64,000 nucleotides of DNA, taken from positions 1,216,001 to 1,280,000 of the forward strand of contig CBDBKE010000004.1 of NCBI GenBank assembly GCA_965206645.1, read 5' to 3'. The position numbers and the translations under genes were made by a program. Below the pieces are notes generated by a model. It did not search any database. It had not been told where the DNA came from and was given only the letters and a program-made list of their open reading frames with translations. Source of the stretch: Terriglobia bacterium. Its GTDB lineage: Bacteria > Acidobacteriota > Terriglobia > JAJPHL01 > JAPKYU01. Positions 61,839-64,000 of the stretch are shown piece after piece; within the stretch, counting starts at the first letter, position 1; each line of letters opens with the position of its first letter.

Positions 61839-63167
61839 CTAGCCGTCTGGCAGCGGCAGTGCCGAGATCGTTCGCAGCATGCTGCTGAACAGCCTCCGGC
61901 TCAAGTGCCCTTCGGCCAGCAAAAGCCAGTAATATCGCGCATGTTTCACCAGCCGTCCTCCCGTTTTCACCAACCGCTGTTGCAAGCTCGTCAGGGACCA
62001 GTTCCCGATTCTCTGTGGCAGCACCAGTCGCCGCCACAGGTTGCCGAGATTATAGGCAATGATGGTGAGCCACAGCCGGACCTCGTTCGACCGGAACCGG
62101 TGACAACTGAGCCGCGTCATCTTCACTGCTTGCTCTCCTTCTTTGATCCACTGCTCCGCTGTCCCCCGCTTGTTGTAAAACCGCATCACCGCCCGACTTG
62201 GCAGAGTCAAGTTCGTAACGATAAACCCTACTCGCGGGAACAGCTCCCCTGGATGATGCTCCACCTTGGCCACCACCCTGCGGGCTGTCTTCCAACTGGC
62301 CGCTTGGTATAGAAAGCCCTTGAACTCCACCAACGGCTTCTTGCTGGGTCTCCCCACCGGCCGAGTCAGCAACTCCTCAATGTCCCGCTGTAGGCTGTCG
62401 TTAGCCGGGATGCGGATGGCGTACTTTACCTCCCGCTCCTCCAGAGCCTCGTAAATCTCCGGCTTGGCAAAGGCCGCGTCGGCACGAAACACCACTTCCT
62501 TGCCCAGCTGCTGCTGCCGCTCGATCTCCGGCAGGAGAAGTTCTTTCCAGTCCTCGGCGCTGTGCACGTTGCCCGGTCGCAGCTTGGCCGCCAGACAGTC
62601 ACCCTCGCGATTGAACAGCAACAACGGGTGATAGCAGCTCGACTCGAAATGCCCGTTGTAGGCACTCTGCTCCTGCTGGCCGTAGACCGGAATCTCGGTC
62701 GAGTCCATGTCCAGCACCACCCGTTGCGGGGAATCCATAGCTTCCGCCCTGGCGATTAAATCCCGGTTGATCGCTGCCAAACCAGCCAGGTTCTCATCTT
62801 GCGTCAGTAGTTCTGTCTCGAACGATTGCAGCCGGGAAGTCAACGCGGCTCCTCGCTCCCAGATCTTTTCTGAACCGATCAGCCGGAACGTCGGATCTTG
62901 AGAGAGCCGTTCCGCGTCATTCATATCTTCGTAACCCGCCAAGCGGCTGTACACGGACTGGCGCAGGAGGTCAGCAAAGGGCAACCGTGTGTTCTTTCTC
63001 CGAGGATCGGCCAAGTGCTGTTTGATGAGTTCTCCGAATCCCAAATGTTCGTCTGATTCGCGCACGAGGATCAGGCCGCCGTCGGAAGTAACCCGCGACC
63101 CCTGGAAATCGACCTTCAATGCAGCATTGAAAGAGAACTGAAAGGGCTGATTTTGCCTCTCACCCAC
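61839..63167 (-). CDS. IS1380 family transposase
   Basis: Same protein as copy 1 except EGK versus EGE near the catalytic Glu region. Confidence 0.95.
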   Translation of the reverse strand: MGERQNQPFQFSFNAALKVDFQGSRVTSDGGLILVRESDEHLGFGELIKQHLADPRRKNTRLPFADLLRQSVYSRLAGYEDMNDAERLSQDPTFRLIGSEKIWERGAALTSRLQSFETELLTQDENLAGLAAINRDLIARAEAMDSPQRVVLDMDSTEIPVYGQQEQSAYNGHFESSCYHPLLLFNREGDCLAAKLRPGNVHSAEDWKELLLPEIERQQQLGKEVVFRADAAFAKPEIYEALEEREVKYAIRIPANDSLQRDIEELLTRPVGRPSKKPLVEFKGFLYQAASWKTARRVVAKVEHHPGELFPRVGFIVTNLTLPSRAVMRFYNKRGTAEQWIKEGEQAVKMTRLSCHRFRSNEVRLWLTIIAYNLGNLWRRLVLPQRIGNWSLTSLQQRLVKTGGRLVKHARYYWLLLAEGHLSRRLFSSMLRTISALPLPDG

Positions 63168-63397
63168 TCGGTTTCTACCTCCGGAAGCTGTATTGACGCT
63201 GGAACCGGCATAAATATTGGCGTCGGAGGTCAGTATAAGGTTAGCTTTGGAGTTTTAAAACGGAAATCCGGGATTAACCCAACTGAGGGCGATGCCGGTG
63301 GTGCCGGCGAGCACCACACACTCATCCCTCAACATATTTGATTCGTTGCGTGCCGCAGGGGGAAGCAGTCGACTCATGGGGTCAGAGGGTTGGGACA

Positions 63398-63484
63398 TGG
63401 TGCGAACGGAGGGAGTTGAACCCTCACCCCGTTTCCAGGACCAGATCCTAAGTCTGGCGCGTCTGCCAATTCCGCCACGTTCGC
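63398..63484 (-). tRNA. tRNA-Leu(TAG)
   Basis: GCGAACG acceptor stem, D-arm GGCGGAATTGGCAGACGC, anticodon loop CTTAGGA, long variable arm, GGTTCAACTCC, encoded CCA. Confidence 0.96.
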
Positions 63485-63914
63485 CCGGAAAAGCCACCTT
63501 GGGGCTCAGTTCCTAAGGCCTCCGTGCGGAATTGTATCACGCCCGACGGGCCGAAGCCGGGAGCTGAATTGCCCGCTCTGGCGAACACGCTTTGGTCGCC
63601 GGCCGCGCGTCTTGCCAGGAATGCGCCTTCCCTTTCCGAGCTACATCTCATATAATTAGGGCTTTGAAACAAGCTGGAGCTGGAGTGCTTTTGGATCGAG
63701 CCCACCCCAGCGTTGAGTTGATTTCAGGGATCCGCAGACGACTATAGAATTTCCGCTTCTCTCCCGGCAGTCGGGAGGCAGAAATCTCCGATCAGCCGTC
63801 CAACCCACAATTGGCGTCAAAGATTCGTGATTCGACCGTTGGACCGCCAAGCAATTGGTCTGAAAGAGTTGGACTTCCTACCGTGCCACGCCGCGTCTTT
63901 GAAAATGAGGAGTT

Positions 63915-64000
63915 ATGACCATCGCTGAACTAAAGGAAAAAAGCATTACCGAGTTGACCCGGATTGCGCGCGGCTTGGATTTGCCGGGCGCATCCGGCAT
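63915..64000 (+). CDS. rho: Transcription termination factor Rho, N-terminus (partial)
   Basis: GAGGAG RBS, then MTIAELKEKSITELTRIARGLDLPGASG matching the Rho N-terminal helical domain. Confidence 0.85.
   Translation, partial: MTIAELKEKSITELTRIARGLDLPGASG

Larger units (their letters stand above)
61615..63271 (-). mobile_element. IS1380 family insertion sequence, copy 2
   Basis: Near-identical to 31196-32852 at offset 30419; at least two substitutions seen. Confidence 0.93.

Noticed and set aside
31191-63277. TTAA as target duplication of a composite transposon
   Set aside because: The right-hand TTAA is offset 2 nt from the IS end (GATTAA), so it is not a true direct repeat
63283-63331. 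Imperfect hairpin between IS1380 and tRNA-Leu as an attC site or ncRNA
   Set aside because: An RYYYAAC is nearby but there is no matching GTTRRRY and no family recognised; it may be only a terminator-like structure

Overview
GC-rich bacterial window. Gene content and the Rho N-terminus suggest Acidobacteriota (inference). Left half (1-31 kb) is mostly core: a small catabolic operon, SPFH and PDZ-GAF-PP2C genes, a partial dcw cluster (murF-mraY-murD-ftsW-murG-murC-ftsQ), a HicB plus PLD-like nuclease insert, polX, pilB-pilT-pilC (frameshifted), an NtrY/NtrX-like pair, and a NYN-zinc-cold-shock fusion. The right part (31.2-63.3 kb) is an accessory region bounded by two near-identical, directly oriented IS1380-family copies, next to the 3' end of tRNA-Leu(TAG), with rho beyond it. 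It holds a sialidase/SSS/aldolase/aminotransferase/sulfatase catabolic locus, a phage-like XRE/zinc-finger/excisionase remnant, a decayed IS30 and a degenerate tRNA-Glu 3' fragment. It also holds a secreted TIGR03437-type gene whose 3' end contains a 225-bp segment inverted between 7-bp inverted repeats; flipping it restores the reading frame exactly. Several frameshifts lie at homopolymers, so long-read consensus errors are likely. All calls come from motif recognition by eye; no searches were run.
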